From an uncultured virus (IMG/VR IMGVR_UViG_3300037424_001060) (lineage: Duplodnaviria > Heunggongvirae > Uroviricota > Caudoviricetes), in the IMG/VR virus record IMGVR_UViG_3300037424_001060: a stretch of DNA of 20,000 bases, one strand, 5' to 3'. The translations under genes were made by a program, and so were the position numbers. The notes beneath the pieces were generated by a model, which saw only the letters and a list, made by a program, of their open reading frames with translations, did no database searches and had not been told where the DNA came from. Of the stretch, positions 7,197 through 15,752 are shown piece by piece (the first letter of the stretch is position 1; every line of letters starts with the position of its first letter).

Positions 7197-7502
7197 CTAT
7201 CCCTTTCTGAAGATTGGCTTTTTGTGTACCTTAACTCTATCACACTTTAGGGGATTGTCAAATTCTTTTCCGAAATCCCGGTGAACCAAGTTAGCGACCA
7301 CCATGTTCTCTTCGAGAATCCGTAAAGACTCTTTGGCCCATAATTCAGGCACAAGACAGTCATAGGGATGCGCAAGCGGTGCCACCAATGGGGCAGACGC
7401 TAATACCTCTTTGGTGGGGGTGCTTCCACCAAACACAGGGAGCGGCAGTGCCATTGCTGACACTGCCGCTCCAATCACCCTAAGAAACGATCGTCGCTGC
7501 AT
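7197..7502 (-). CDS. Twin-arginine-signal protein fused to a major-capsid-protein-like N-terminal fragment
   Basis: MQRRSFLRVIGAAVSAMALPLPVFGG (RRxFL plus h-region), then VPELWAKESLRILEENMVVANLVHRDF...DRVKVHKKPIF, resembling the N-terminus of P22-coat-like capsid proteins. Confidence 0.7.
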   Translation of the reverse strand: MQRRSFLRVIGAAVSAMALPLPVFGGSTPTKEVLASAPLVAPLAHPYDCLVPELWAKESLRILEENMVVANLVHRDFGKEFDNPLKCDRVKVHKKPIFRKG

Positions 7503-7506
7503 GTTG

Positions 7507-8262
7507 TTAGATACAGCCAATCATACTGCGAAACAGATTCGACAACCCACTCTCGGTTCCACCGTTAACCGGCTGTTCCTCGGCCGCTACATCCCGAACA
7601 ACAGCGTCCAGCAGAGCAGGGCTGAGCGAGTGAGGGCTAATGTCCCCCTCATTCAACAGCACATAGTTCGAGGCTGCCACAACTGCACCGTGCGGAATGG
7701 GCGCGGACGCCGGGGCGATTACCCCGAAGTGCTTCAGGAACGCCTCTGCCGGGCTGTCCAGAGTGCCGAGAGTGGTGTTGGACGGGATGCCCAGATTGTC
7801 AGCGTCCAGGTCCACGTTCGCCGTGGTCACGGTCATGTAGGCACCGTTAACCGTGGCACCGTTGGCCGTGATTGTGGCGTCGTTCGCCGTCAGGTTGCCG
7901 GTCAGAGCCACATCCACATCACCCGCATTGTAAGTCGCGATGACTGACGAGCCGTCCAGGGCCGTATCAACTGCGGTCTGAATAGCGGCTTCCGCAGCGT
8001 CGTACGCAATGTTGCCGGTCGTGACCGACACGCCATACATCGGGAAACCAATCGTGATCGTGAAATTCCCAGAACTGATCGTATCAGTATGGTTGGGAAT
8101 AACAGCGACGTGTGAAGCCGCCGCGTATGGAGCCGCGAGGGTGGGGTCAGCGATAGTCTGCAAAGCAACTAACTCGTTGTAGACGTGCCGTCCCGGACCC
8201 TTGTCAATCGTGCTACTGATGTTCTTCGAGTTCGCCAGTAGCGTTGCAATAACACCTGCCAT
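7507..8262 (-). CDS. Ala/Thr/Asp-rich probable structural or surface protein
   Basis: Strong SD GGAGGT. Contains GNFTITI...TTGNIAYDAAEAAIQTAVDTAL, resembling a beta-rich repeat of phage tail and surface proteins. Almost no Lys/Arg in the core. Confidence 0.75.
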   Translation of the reverse strand: MAGVIATLLANSKNISSTIDKGPGRHVYNELVALQTIADPTLAAPYAAASHVAVIPNHTDTISSGNFTITIGFPMYGVSVTTGNIAYDAAEAAIQTAVDTALDGSSVIATYNAGDVDVALTGNLTANDATITANGATVNGAYMTVTTANVDLDADNLGIPSNTTLGTLDSPAEAFLKHFGVIAPASAPIPHGAVVAASNYVLLNEGDISPHSLSPALLDAVVRDVAAEEQPVNGGTESGLSNLFRSMIGCI

Positions 8263-8326
8263 GAACAAATACCTCCAGAAAAATGTAACTTCCTTGTCGA
8301 GTTTAAGCGCCCGCCAAGGACGTTAT

Positions 8327-8563
8327 TTACCTAAAGAAACCCAACACAAACCGAATCGCAAAGATGCCGATAGCACCTTGGTACCACGTCAGCGCCGGCA
8401 TTTCCGTGCTTGGCACCAGGAAAATATTCCAGCACCACGCTAACACAATGCCGCCGATACACATAGCAATAATGTTCAGCATCATGATGAGTAGCACGCC
8501 CAAACATCCGGCTAGAACTACCTCAGCTTCATTTGGTTTTGACACATTTGTCCCCTTATGCAA
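8327..8563 (-). CDS. Small membrane protein (start may be GTG at 8545)
   Basis: Two hydrophobic segments, with WNIFLVP...LTWYQGAIGIFAI. Confidence 0.7.
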   Translation of the reverse strand: MHKGTNVSKPNEAEVVLAGCLGVLLIMMLNIIAMCIGGIVLAWCWNIFLVPSTEMPALTWYQGAIGIFAIRFVLGFFR

Positions 8564-9821
8564 TGTCGTTCATCATGTCAATCCGATACCGACGCGGCCC
8601 GGACCATTCGTACTCGCACCGAAGTTTCACGGGCAGTCTCCAAGTGATGCCATACTTCCTGTTGACCCCGTGAATCAACTGGGAAGGTTCTGTGAACCCG
8701 CCCAGCGAATTGTACGAGTACGCATCACTTGCCGGCCACGCGCCATTGATGACCATTTCTCCATTGACTTCCGTTGTGTTTCCGGGCCGGTGGAAGTGAC
8801 CGCAGCAGAAATATCGCGGTTGTACGCCATGCTGTACTGTGTTCAGGGCCAGCATGCGATGCCGACGTTTTTCCAGGCCGTACCACGGAATTCCCAAGCT
8901 GCTCTTAATGTCGTCGCCGTGGAAGATATGGAACCCGACGCCGTCGATATCGACGTTCGCAGAGAATGAGTTTGGGATGTGGAAGCTGACGTTATCACAG
9001 TCGCGGAGATTCATCTCGGCGACCTTGGCAATCATGTAGTCCCAGTTATCGTGCGCCCCCAGATAGTCCTTCTTAGTCGAACGCCTACCATGGTTTCCGG
9101 GGACGTAGATGATGTTCACCTGCCCAAAGTAAGGGGCCAAGTCCCGGAACATCAGGCTGTGCAGTTGACCAATTGCGAAGGAATTCTTGAACGCGTTCCT
9201 GAAATAACTGCGGCTGGTATGGCCGTGAATCTCCCCGCTTGTATGGTCGCCGTAGGCGAGCACCGTGAGGCTGGGGAAATGGTACTGCGGGGCGAGAGTC
9301 TGCTGGGTCCACTTGATAATCGTATCGACGTACTTCTCGGCCCGGCAAATCGAAACCGGAAAGTTGTATGTCTCCAGCCCGCCGGTATCGGCCGGGGTGA
9401 CTATCTGGTCGTGGTGGCCATCACTGAGGTGCATCACAAGATGCTCTGTAATAGCTCCCTTTGTCTTGCCCGCCGTGGATCGAGCAGATGGCAGTGGTCG
9501 AAGCGGTTTGATACGGTCTTCCATCTCTTCCACAATCGCTGCGAACAGGCCTTGTGTCTTGGCCGCGTTCTTCAACTGTCTCTTTGAATCATCACGTTCC
9601 TGACGAAGGTGCTCAATCTCTGCCTTCAGGCGAAAGATTTCCGCCGATTCGTTGTCATCGCCGAGTGCTTCGCGCACTTCCTTGTGGACACGCCCGCACG
9701 TAATGTCGCTGATTACAGACCGGCTGCAACCATACTTTTCGCCTATCTCTTTCTGCGTGAGTTTGCCCTCACTCAGATCGGCAGTGATTCCTTTCAAGTC
9801 AGCCTCGCTAAGCTTTTTCAT
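8556..9821 (-). CDS. Calcineurin-like metallophosphoesterase with N-terminal HTH and coiled coil
   Basis: Motifs SDGH, YGDH, GNHGR, FHGD, GHFH. N-terminal HTH TQKEIGEKYGCSRSVISDI. SD GGAG before the ATG at 9821. Confidence 0.88.
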   Translation of the reverse strand: MKKLSEADLKGITADLSEGKLTQKEIGEKYGCSRSVISDITCGRVHKEVREALGDDNESAEIFRLKAEIEHLRQERDDSKRQLKNAAKTQGLFAAIVEEMEDRIKPLRPLPSARSTAGKTKGAITEHLVMHLSDGHHDQIVTPADTGGLETYNFPVSICRAEKYVDTIIKWTQQTLAPQYHFPSLTVLAYGDHTSGEIHGHTSRSYFRNAFKNSFAIGQLHSLMFRDLAPYFGQVNIIYVPGNHGRRSTKKDYLGAHDNWDYMIAKVAEMNLRDCDNVSFHIPNSFSANVDIDGVGFHIFHGDDIKSSLGIPWYGLEKRRHRMLALNTVQHGVQPRYFCCGHFHRPGNTTEVNGEMVINGAWPASDAYSYNSLGGFTEPSQLIHGVNRKYGITWRLPVKLRCEYEWSGPRRYRIDMMNDIA

Positions 9822-9822
9822 G

Positions 9823-11664
9823 CTATGCTCCAATGATCTTCGTTTCAGAAAAGGGGTGATTCGTCAAAATGTGTTCGACCGCTTGCTTGAAGTAGTCGTT
9901 CGTGTCGAACAGCGATTCCTTCAGGTTGACTCTGGCCAGATGGTCGCGCTGGCACGTCAACAAAACTGGCTTTTGGATGAGATCGGCAGCGTGGTTAATC
10001 AGCTCGCGTGGTGACTGGAAGTTGTTACTGTGCATTCCTATCCGCTCGTTCAACCACATACCCGCCTTGTTGTAGAACCGGTCGCCCACCAATGTGATGA
10101 ATGGTAGGCCCAGGTACAACGATTCTACCAACACGTTGTAGCAGCCGAAGGGGAACGAGTTGATGCTGAAGTCGTGCATCTCGGCGTTCTCCATGTAGTC
10201 GTAGTATTCCTGCTCAGTGTGCAGAGTGGCGTTCGGAAGCATCCGCAGAACTTCCTGCCGGAACGATGGAAGGGCCGCGTAGCGGTTCATGCCGGGCGAA
10301 CCGAACAGATGAAACTCGTGCTTTGGCGGAAGTTCAAAGCCGTTGCACACAGCGTTTTGCCTTCGCCTCTCCACCTCGTTGTTGATTTCGGCCAACAGTG
10401 TTAGCAGCGTGTAGTTGTATTTGTCCGGCCCCCACACGCAATTTACACGCACGATGCTGTCATCTTTGTAGTTGTGCTTGCGCTCGTAGGTTGGCCACGC
10501 CGGGTGCTGCCCCAGTCCCGGAATCAGGACCATTGTCTCAGCGTACTTGTCGGTGGATTCTTTCTCGACGTCGCCACCGATGAAGTAGTCAATCTCGCTG
10601 TTGTCACCTGAAGTATCGGGATGACCGTATCCCATGGCCTGGATGGGCGCGATGCGGCAGTTGCTCAGCCAGATGGATTCGTTCGACATACCGATGTCCG
10701 GGAAGTACACCATGTTGAATGAGTTGTCCTGCAAGCCGGGCGGGATGACCAGCTCACCATCCGGGCGGAAGTAGCAATTCATCACACTGGTGAAGTAGTC
10801 GGTGACGGCTGTGTCGGGCATCTTGTCATCGGTCCATACCAGATGCAAGTCGGCGTAGCCCAACAGTTGTTCGACCAGCGCGCCGGCCGACTTGTACACC
10901 GCGTGGTTGCGATGCCACTTGTTTGTGACGATGGCGATTTGAGGCTTCCCGTCTTGCGGTGTGTTGTTGAACGTCCATGTCTTCGCCTTCTTAAGGGCGC
11001 GGTTGATGATGCCTTTGCATCGGCGGGCGGCGTCGGGATTGATGTACGTGCAGGTGAAGTAGGTGCTGGTAACTTGGTGTGTGTATGGAGTCCACCTTTC
11101 ATCCATCTCTTGAATATGCCTGAACAAATTCTTCTGAATCCTGGATGTCGGCGAACTGAGCCCCAGTATGTAGGTGTTGTACCACATCGAAGAAATGATG
11201 GGGTCCAAGTCGAACAACTTCGACTGCGGAAGCTGTGCTTCGCAACGCGGGTTTTCCAGGAACAGTGCTTTAGGAAGATTCCCTTGTTGCAGCAGGGTTG
11301 CGGCCAACGCGGCGTCATTAGTTTGGAAGCCGGTCAATGCCACAAGATGCTGGAACACGTGTCCATACTGCACCATCGCGATGGCTTCCTTCAAGCCGGG
11401 CCGGAACTCTTCGTCCAGCAAAGCGGTGTATACCAGTTGAATGAATTGATTCAGATTCTTGATCGCCCCGATGCCCAGTTGCAGATAGTGGTGCCCCTCA
11501 AAGAACATCAGAAACTCAATGATGCTGGCCCACACCGCCGGGTCACGTTCCGCAATCGCCTTGGCGAAACGCGAGTAATTAACGGCCGGGATGTCTACGC
11601 GGGGGTCGGATGGCATCACAATCAATGCCGCATTCTTACCTTTCAAGTTCTGCCGTTTCTTCAT
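9823..11664 (-). CDS. HMW1C/NGT-like GT41 protein glycosyltransferase
   Basis: HAVYKS, VYFPDIGM, RIAPIQAMGYGHPDTS, IDYFI, YAETMVLIP and NSFPFGCYNVLVESLYLGLP mirror HMW1C/ApNGT and SPINDLY/OGT catalytic motifs. No evident TPR array. Confidence 0.85.
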   Translation of the reverse strand: MKKRQNLKGKNAALIVMPSDPRVDIPAVNYSRFAKAIAERDPAVWASIIEFLMFFEGHHYLQLGIGAIKNLNQFIQLVYTALLDEEFRPGLKEAIAMVQYGHVFQHLVALTGFQTNDAALAATLLQQGNLPKALFLENPRCEAQLPQSKLFDLDPIISSMWYNTYILGLSSPTSRIQKNLFRHIQEMDERWTPYTHQVTSTYFTCTYINPDAARRCKGIINRALKKAKTWTFNNTPQDGKPQIAIVTNKWHRNHAVYKSAGALVEQLLGYADLHLVWTDDKMPDTAVTDYFTSVMNCYFRPDGELVIPPGLQDNSFNMVYFPDIGMSNESIWLSNCRIAPIQAMGYGHPDTSGDNSEIDYFIGGDVEKESTDKYAETMVLIPGLGQHPAWPTYERKHNYKDDSIVRVNCVWGPDKYNYTLLTLLAEINNEVERRRQNAVCNGFELPPKHEFHLFGSPGMNRYAALPSFRQEVLRMLPNATLHTEQEYYDYMENAEMHDFSINSFPFGCYNVLVESLYLGLPFITLVGDRFYNKAGMWLNERIGMHSNNFQSPRELINHAADLIQKPVLLTCQRDHLARVNLKESLFDTNDYFKQAVEHILTNHPFSETKIIGA

Positions 11665-11680
11665 GCCGGCCAGTTGCTTC

Positions 11681-12859
11681 TTACGATTCTTGGATGCCAA
11701 GAGGTACCTCCACAAGTTCGCCGCCCTCGAACTTCAAAAGCTGAGAGCAGGGTGTGTTTTTCAGCAGAATTTCATCACGAATGTCGTTTGCTCGCCACGA
11801 GGTTGTGGCGATAATTATTGGCCTGCCAGCCGTATTCAATTGGACAGTGGGCCTTATCTGGATTTGCGTGCCGGGCACACAGTAGCCCCACTTCGCCTCG
11901 TGGCTGTCGACCACAAAAGCGTCGTCTGGTACTCCGAACAGTCGCAAGAACATTGCCGACTTACCGGCCCCGCCCCAAAACGCGATCTTGTCCAGATTCT
12001 CTTTCATCCAAGCACCCGCCCGGCCCAGTCCGAGGTAAACCTTCTGGTAGTTATCAACAACGGCCTCAACGTCCAAGTCGTGCTTGTCCTGCGCGCCGGT
12101 CACCGTGCAGAGAGCAACAATTACCTCATCGCCGTAGGTGGTCCAGATATTACAGACATCTACTCCGCTGTTGTGCAGAAGCTGGTTCAGGCTGTTGACA
12201 GTGAAGTGCTGTGGATGCTCGTACGTCCAGTCCTCGATCCTACAATGGTACAAGGCTTCTGTGCAACACGGCACTTCGATCAGAAGATGGGTGTTGCACT
12301 TTGGGCGGCTGCTCTTCGCATCCAGCACGATTGAGTCGATCAAGTCACGCGGGTGTTCCATGTGTTCCAGAAGATGCCTCATGACAATGACAATGTCGCC
12401 GGCACCCAACGGTATGTGGTTGTCGGCGACAAAGTATTCACGCACCCACTCGATGCCCTCCGGGGCCCTCGTGACAGCCTCGCACGGATCGACCGCCATC
12501 TTGACGGCGTCGGTGTCGATGCTCGCGAGAAATTCACAATCCCCGGCCCCGACTTCCAATATCAGGTCAACATCCAAGGCTTCAATGATGCAGCGGATGT
12601 CCTTCACATGATCTTGCCAGAGCAGGCCACTGTTGTACATGCGGCATCCGGCACCGCTGTACTGCTCGATGTTTGGGTCGAAGTCTATGTTGTGGACGTG
12701 CCCACACTGATGACAAATGACCAACTGTATTTGATGCCTTTCCAAGGCTCCTGACTGCACCGGGTCTGTCTGCATGGCCACCAGCGACAAAGGCTGCCAC
12801 CCCATATTGAACAAATATTCCAAGTGCTGCGAATGGCAGGCGGGGCAGAAAGCTGTCAT
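11681..12859 (-). CDS. SAM-dependent NDP-sugar C-methyltransferase (TylCIII/TcaB9-like, Zn-binding)
   Basis: N-terminal CPAC...CHQC Zn site, LEVGAGD SAM motif, RHLLEH, IEVP, YEHPQHFT, and C-terminal WGGAGK...VVDS...KWGYCVPGT. Confidence 0.88.
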   Translation of the reverse strand: MTAFCPACHSQHLEYLFNMGWQPLSLVAMQTDPVQSGALERHQIQLVICHQCGHVHNIDFDPNIEQYSGAGCRMYNSGLLWQDHVKDIRCIIEALDVDLILEVGAGDCEFLASIDTDAVKMAVDPCEAVTRAPEGIEWVREYFVADNHIPLGAGDIVIVMRHLLEHMEHPRDLIDSIVLDAKSSRPKCNTHLLIEVPCCTEALYHCRIEDWTYEHPQHFTVNSLNQLLHNSGVDVCNIWTTYGDEVIVALCTVTGAQDKHDLDVEAVVDNYQKVYLGLGRAGAWMKENLDKIAFWGGAGKSAMFLRLFGVPDDAFVVDSHEAKWGYCVPGTQIQIRPTVQLNTAGRPIIIATTSWRANDIRDEILLKNTPCSQLLKFEGGELVEVPLGIQES

Positions 12860-13014
12860 CTCATATTCCTGTCGCTGGTGTCGACTTCAATGTAGACTCC
12901 CTGTGAGTCGTCGCTAAAGCCGCTGATCGGATATGCCGTTCCGTTGACGAGTATGAACACTTCTGAGTCGGGACCACAGTTGTCCAACTCTTCCATCAGT
13001 TCTTGTACTTCCAT
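12856..13014 (-). CDS. Small acidic hypothetical protein (start MEVQEL)
   Basis: SD GGAGAG before the ATG at 13014; ATGA overlap with the methyltransferase start. Confidence 0.7.
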   Translation of the reverse strand: MEVQELMEELDNCGPDSEVFILVNGTAYPISGFSDDSQGVYIEVDTSDRNMR

Positions 13015-13015
13015 G

Positions 13016-13396
13016 TTAGACTCTCCAAAGAGAGCCGAACAAGTCCTGGATGGACACCGGTCGATGGTCCGCGATTTCTCGCAGCGTCTCGAAACAATAC
13101 TCGCCCTGGTATAGCAGCTTGGCCTGCTCAAGTCCGTATTCCATACAGAAGGACTTTGTCGCAAAGTAGCCGATAGACTCGTCGTCTATACGAATGTCAT
13201 GCACCTTCCATGCCTCGTCGCAGAGCACCGACACAACATGATAGTCGTCCTCGCTATCGTGATGCCAGCTAAGATCGTTCAGCATCCTAATGATAGTGTC
13301 GGGAACGCCCTCGTTGGTTTCGTCGCTGGCGTAATAATGCACAGCACCTTCCACAGAAAGAACAGCGCATACGAAGTTGTTGTCTTCATTCATCAA
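13016..13396 (-). CDS. Hypothetical acidic protein
   Basis: SD AGGA; overlaps the helicase stop. Confidence 0.7.
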   Translation of the reverse strand: MMNEDNNFVCAVLSVEGAVHYYASDETNEGVPDTIIRMLNDLSWHHDSEDDYHVVSVLCDEAWKVHDIRIDDESIGYFATKSFCMEYGLEQAKLLYQGEYCFETLREIADHRPVSIQDLFGSLWRV

Positions 13397-15278
13397 AGAT
13401 TTCCTGTAGCTCGCCCAGAGTCATGGATTCTAACCGTCGGTTGTCTCGCAAAACAGCAAGGACTTTACGATCCGAGGACAGGTGAAACAAGTCCACGATC
13501 GTTGCCCCTTTATTCTCGTCAATGCCAGGGCGATGTATGCGGTCTTCGGCCTGCATGCGCGATTCTGGTGTGTAGTCGTTCGAATAAAATACGGCCATTC
13601 TCGATTCGGTGAGAGTGAGGCCCATACCGCCGGACGCGGGGTGGGCGACGAACGCCACACGCTCATTGTGCAGGTTGGCCCAGTAGTCCAGGGGCTTGAT
13701 ATCTCTATCAACTGGCTCCCCATCGTGCCGTAGAATTTTCCATCCGCGACCGTCAACTTTCACAACGTCCCAGCACTCGTTGTGGCACATCTTAACAATC
13801 TTGTCCACGGAGCCTTGGAAGCCGGCGAAGATAACAATTCGACCTTGATCTTCATTCTCTTCCAGTAGGTCACGAATCGCTTCATCCTTGGGGCACTTCA
13901 GTTCCTTCGTCTCGCGCACCATGTGGGGTACCTTGCCCGTGCCCTCGCACTTCTCGCAGGTAGCCATTTCCTTAATGGGGTCGCAGGTTAGGTCCGTGTA
14001 GTCCCACTGTTCGCAAACTCCAGAGCCCTTGCACACCGGGCACTCTTCCTCGCCTTCCTGTTTCTCTCGATACTGGAATCCGTCCGACAATTCACGAAGC
14101 CAAGTGATTCCCTGGATGGCTGATTCAGCGGCGGATACAAGAGCCTTGGCAACACGCTTTAGAGTCGGGGTTGGCTCAAGAGTAACCTCCCGATAGATCT
14201 TATCGGGAATATCCAGGCAGTCCTTTTTCTTCAGGACCAGAACCAGACCAGCCAACCGTTCGTGCAGATAGGCCACTTCGTTGATTGACTCGACCCACTC
14301 GTGTGAATTTTCGCCAACGCCAAAGATGTCATCCATCTCGTGCTTCGGGTGCTCGGCCAACTCTCCGCACACATTGCACTTACGCGAGTCGTCGCGCCAC
14401 GTGACACGCTTCCAGAAGTCGCCTTGATCGGCGGTTTTCTTCTGTTCAAAGATGGCCAGTCTCCATTCAAAGGCTTTCGCCGAGCCTTCCTTCAAGAAGC
14501 CGGGAGCTACCACTTCACACTGCGACCACCAGTCCACCGGGGATTTTGGCGCAGGCGTGCCAGACATGCAAATGACATAGCCGTCCCAGCCATATTCGTT
14601 GCGGATGGCGTCGGCTACCCACATGCCGGCCTTTGTTCGCTTGGCACTGGAAGATTTTAACCGAGATGACTCGTCAAAGATGATGCCCTTCGGAGCGGGC
14701 ATACCGGCTTCCCACTGCTCTACTTCGATGCGGAGCCGTTCATAGGTCATGACGCGGGGTTGTACTCGGAGCCCCCACTTGTCCCACTCGCGCTCGACAG
14801 CAGCGATACCGGACTTGGGAGCAACATACCACCAGTCCAGGACACCCGATTGTTCCATTAACTCGATGGCTGACAGTGATTTACCAACACCCATTTCAGC
14901 CGCCAGGAGCTGATAGTGGTAGGTCAACATGCAGTCTGTCATCCGCTTCTGGTGGTCAAACAGCGGGCGACTGTACCCCCAATTTCGCAGGGGTTGTTCC
15001 CAGTTGGCGTACGGGTTGCCACCGGTCATGAAGTCGATCTGGAAGTTGTTTCGACAACAATCTTCCACCGACCACAGCTTACGTCCATCCCCGTCAATGC
15101 GCTGGTGGAACCGGCTCCCACGCATGGCCTTAATCTCGTCCTTCAGCTCGAAGGGTGTCGTGTTATGCCTACCGTGTGTATGCCACAAGATGCGGCCGTC
15201 CACACGCTCAAGATCAACAGGGTAGTAGTATTGAGTACCCTTCTTTGTCTCTTTGATTATGCGGATGGATTCAATCAT
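13386..15278 (-). CDS. SNF2-like superfamily 2 DNA helicase
   Basis: Walker A EMGVGKS, Walker B IIFDESS, motif III SGTP, motif V SGGMGLTL, motif VI QAEDRIHRPG; Cys-rich inserts. Confidence 0.93.
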   Translation of the reverse strand: MIESIRIIKETKKGTQYYYPVDLERVDGRILWHTHGRHNTTPFELKDEIKAMRGSRFHQRIDGDGRKLWSVEDCCRNNFQIDFMTGGNPYANWEQPLRNWGYSRPLFDHQKRMTDCMLTYHYQLLAAEMGVGKSLSAIELMEQSGVLDWWYVAPKSGIAAVEREWDKWGLRVQPRVMTYERLRIEVEQWEAGMPAPKGIIFDESSRLKSSSAKRTKAGMWVADAIRNEYGWDGYVICMSGTPAPKSPVDWWSQCEVVAPGFLKEGSAKAFEWRLAIFEQKKTADQGDFWKRVTWRDDSRKCNVCGELAEHPKHEMDDIFGVGENSHEWVESINEVAYLHERLAGLVLVLKKKDCLDIPDKIYREVTLEPTPTLKRVAKALVSAAESAIQGITWLRELSDGFQYREKQEGEEECPVCKGSGVCEQWDYTDLTCDPIKEMATCEKCEGTGKVPHMVRETKELKCPKDEAIRDLLEENEDQGRIVIFAGFQGSVDKIVKMCHNECWDVVKVDGRGWKILRHDGEPVDRDIKPLDYWANLHNERVAFVAHPASGGMGLTLTESRMAVFYSNDYTPESRMQAEDRIHRPGIDENKGATIVDLFHLSSDRKVLAVLRDNRRLESMTLGELQEIFDE

Positions 15279-15529
15279 GGGGTGATGATTTTCTTCTCGA
15301 TAGTGCGAATTTCGGCAACAGCACGATGAAGGCGGTTGGCGTGTTCCGTCAAAGCGTCACACAAACCTTTGATGCTACGCTGTCCCCACACCACGCGTAT
15401 GTTTCGGGGGCTGACGATATCATCGGCCAAATTAGCCAATTTGGTTTCGACAAGTTGCGAATTGTAATTGAGAAGCGAAATGATATCGTTCAACTGCTTA
15501 CTGAGTAATTGGTTCGTATTGGATTCCAT
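15275..15529 (-). CDS. Hypothetical helical protein (probable start MESNT)
   Basis: SD GAGGT before the ATG at 15529; ATGA overlap with the helicase start. Confidence 0.55.
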   Translation of the reverse strand: MESNTNQLLSKQLNDIISLLNYNSQLVETKLANLADDIVSPRNIRVVWGQRSIKGLCDALTEHANRLHRAVAEIRTIEKKIITP

Positions 15530-15698
15530 TGTCACCTCGGAATGGTGTTGTGTGATCGTCGTCGCCGTCAAGTATTTCCGATGGGATACCGCCGGGGAAC
15601 GCTTTGCACCGGGGCGGGTTCGAGAAATCAATGAAGTGCTTGCAAGTGCTGCAAGCGGGGCTTACCGGGTGACTGAAATTGTTTGGATCGAACGGCAT
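15498..15698 (-). CDS. Small Cys/His protein, candidate ART immunity or partner protein
   Basis: CSTCKH...CKAFPGGIPSEILDGDDDHTTPFRGDNGIQYEP: CxxCxH / CxAFPxGIP / H / GDNGI pattern. SD GAGGA and its own promoter. Confidence 0.8.
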   Translation of the reverse strand: MPFDPNNFSHPVSPACSTCKHFIDFSNPPRCKAFPGGIPSEILDGDDDHTTPFRGDNGIQYEPITQ

Positions 15699-15716
15699 CG
15701 CTTTTTCCTCTATTCA

Positions 15717-15744
15717 AGTATAGCACTTGAACGCAACTTGTCAA
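15717..15744 (-). promoter_or_regulatory. Strong sigma70 promoter overlapped by two palindromes
   Basis: TTGACA (15744-15739), 16-bp spacer, extended -10 TGC-TATACT (TATACT at 15722-15717). Palindromes AACTTG-T-CAAGTT over the -35 and TTCAAGT-N5-ACTTGAA over the -10. Confidence 0.8.
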
Positions 15745-15752
15745 GTTAATTC

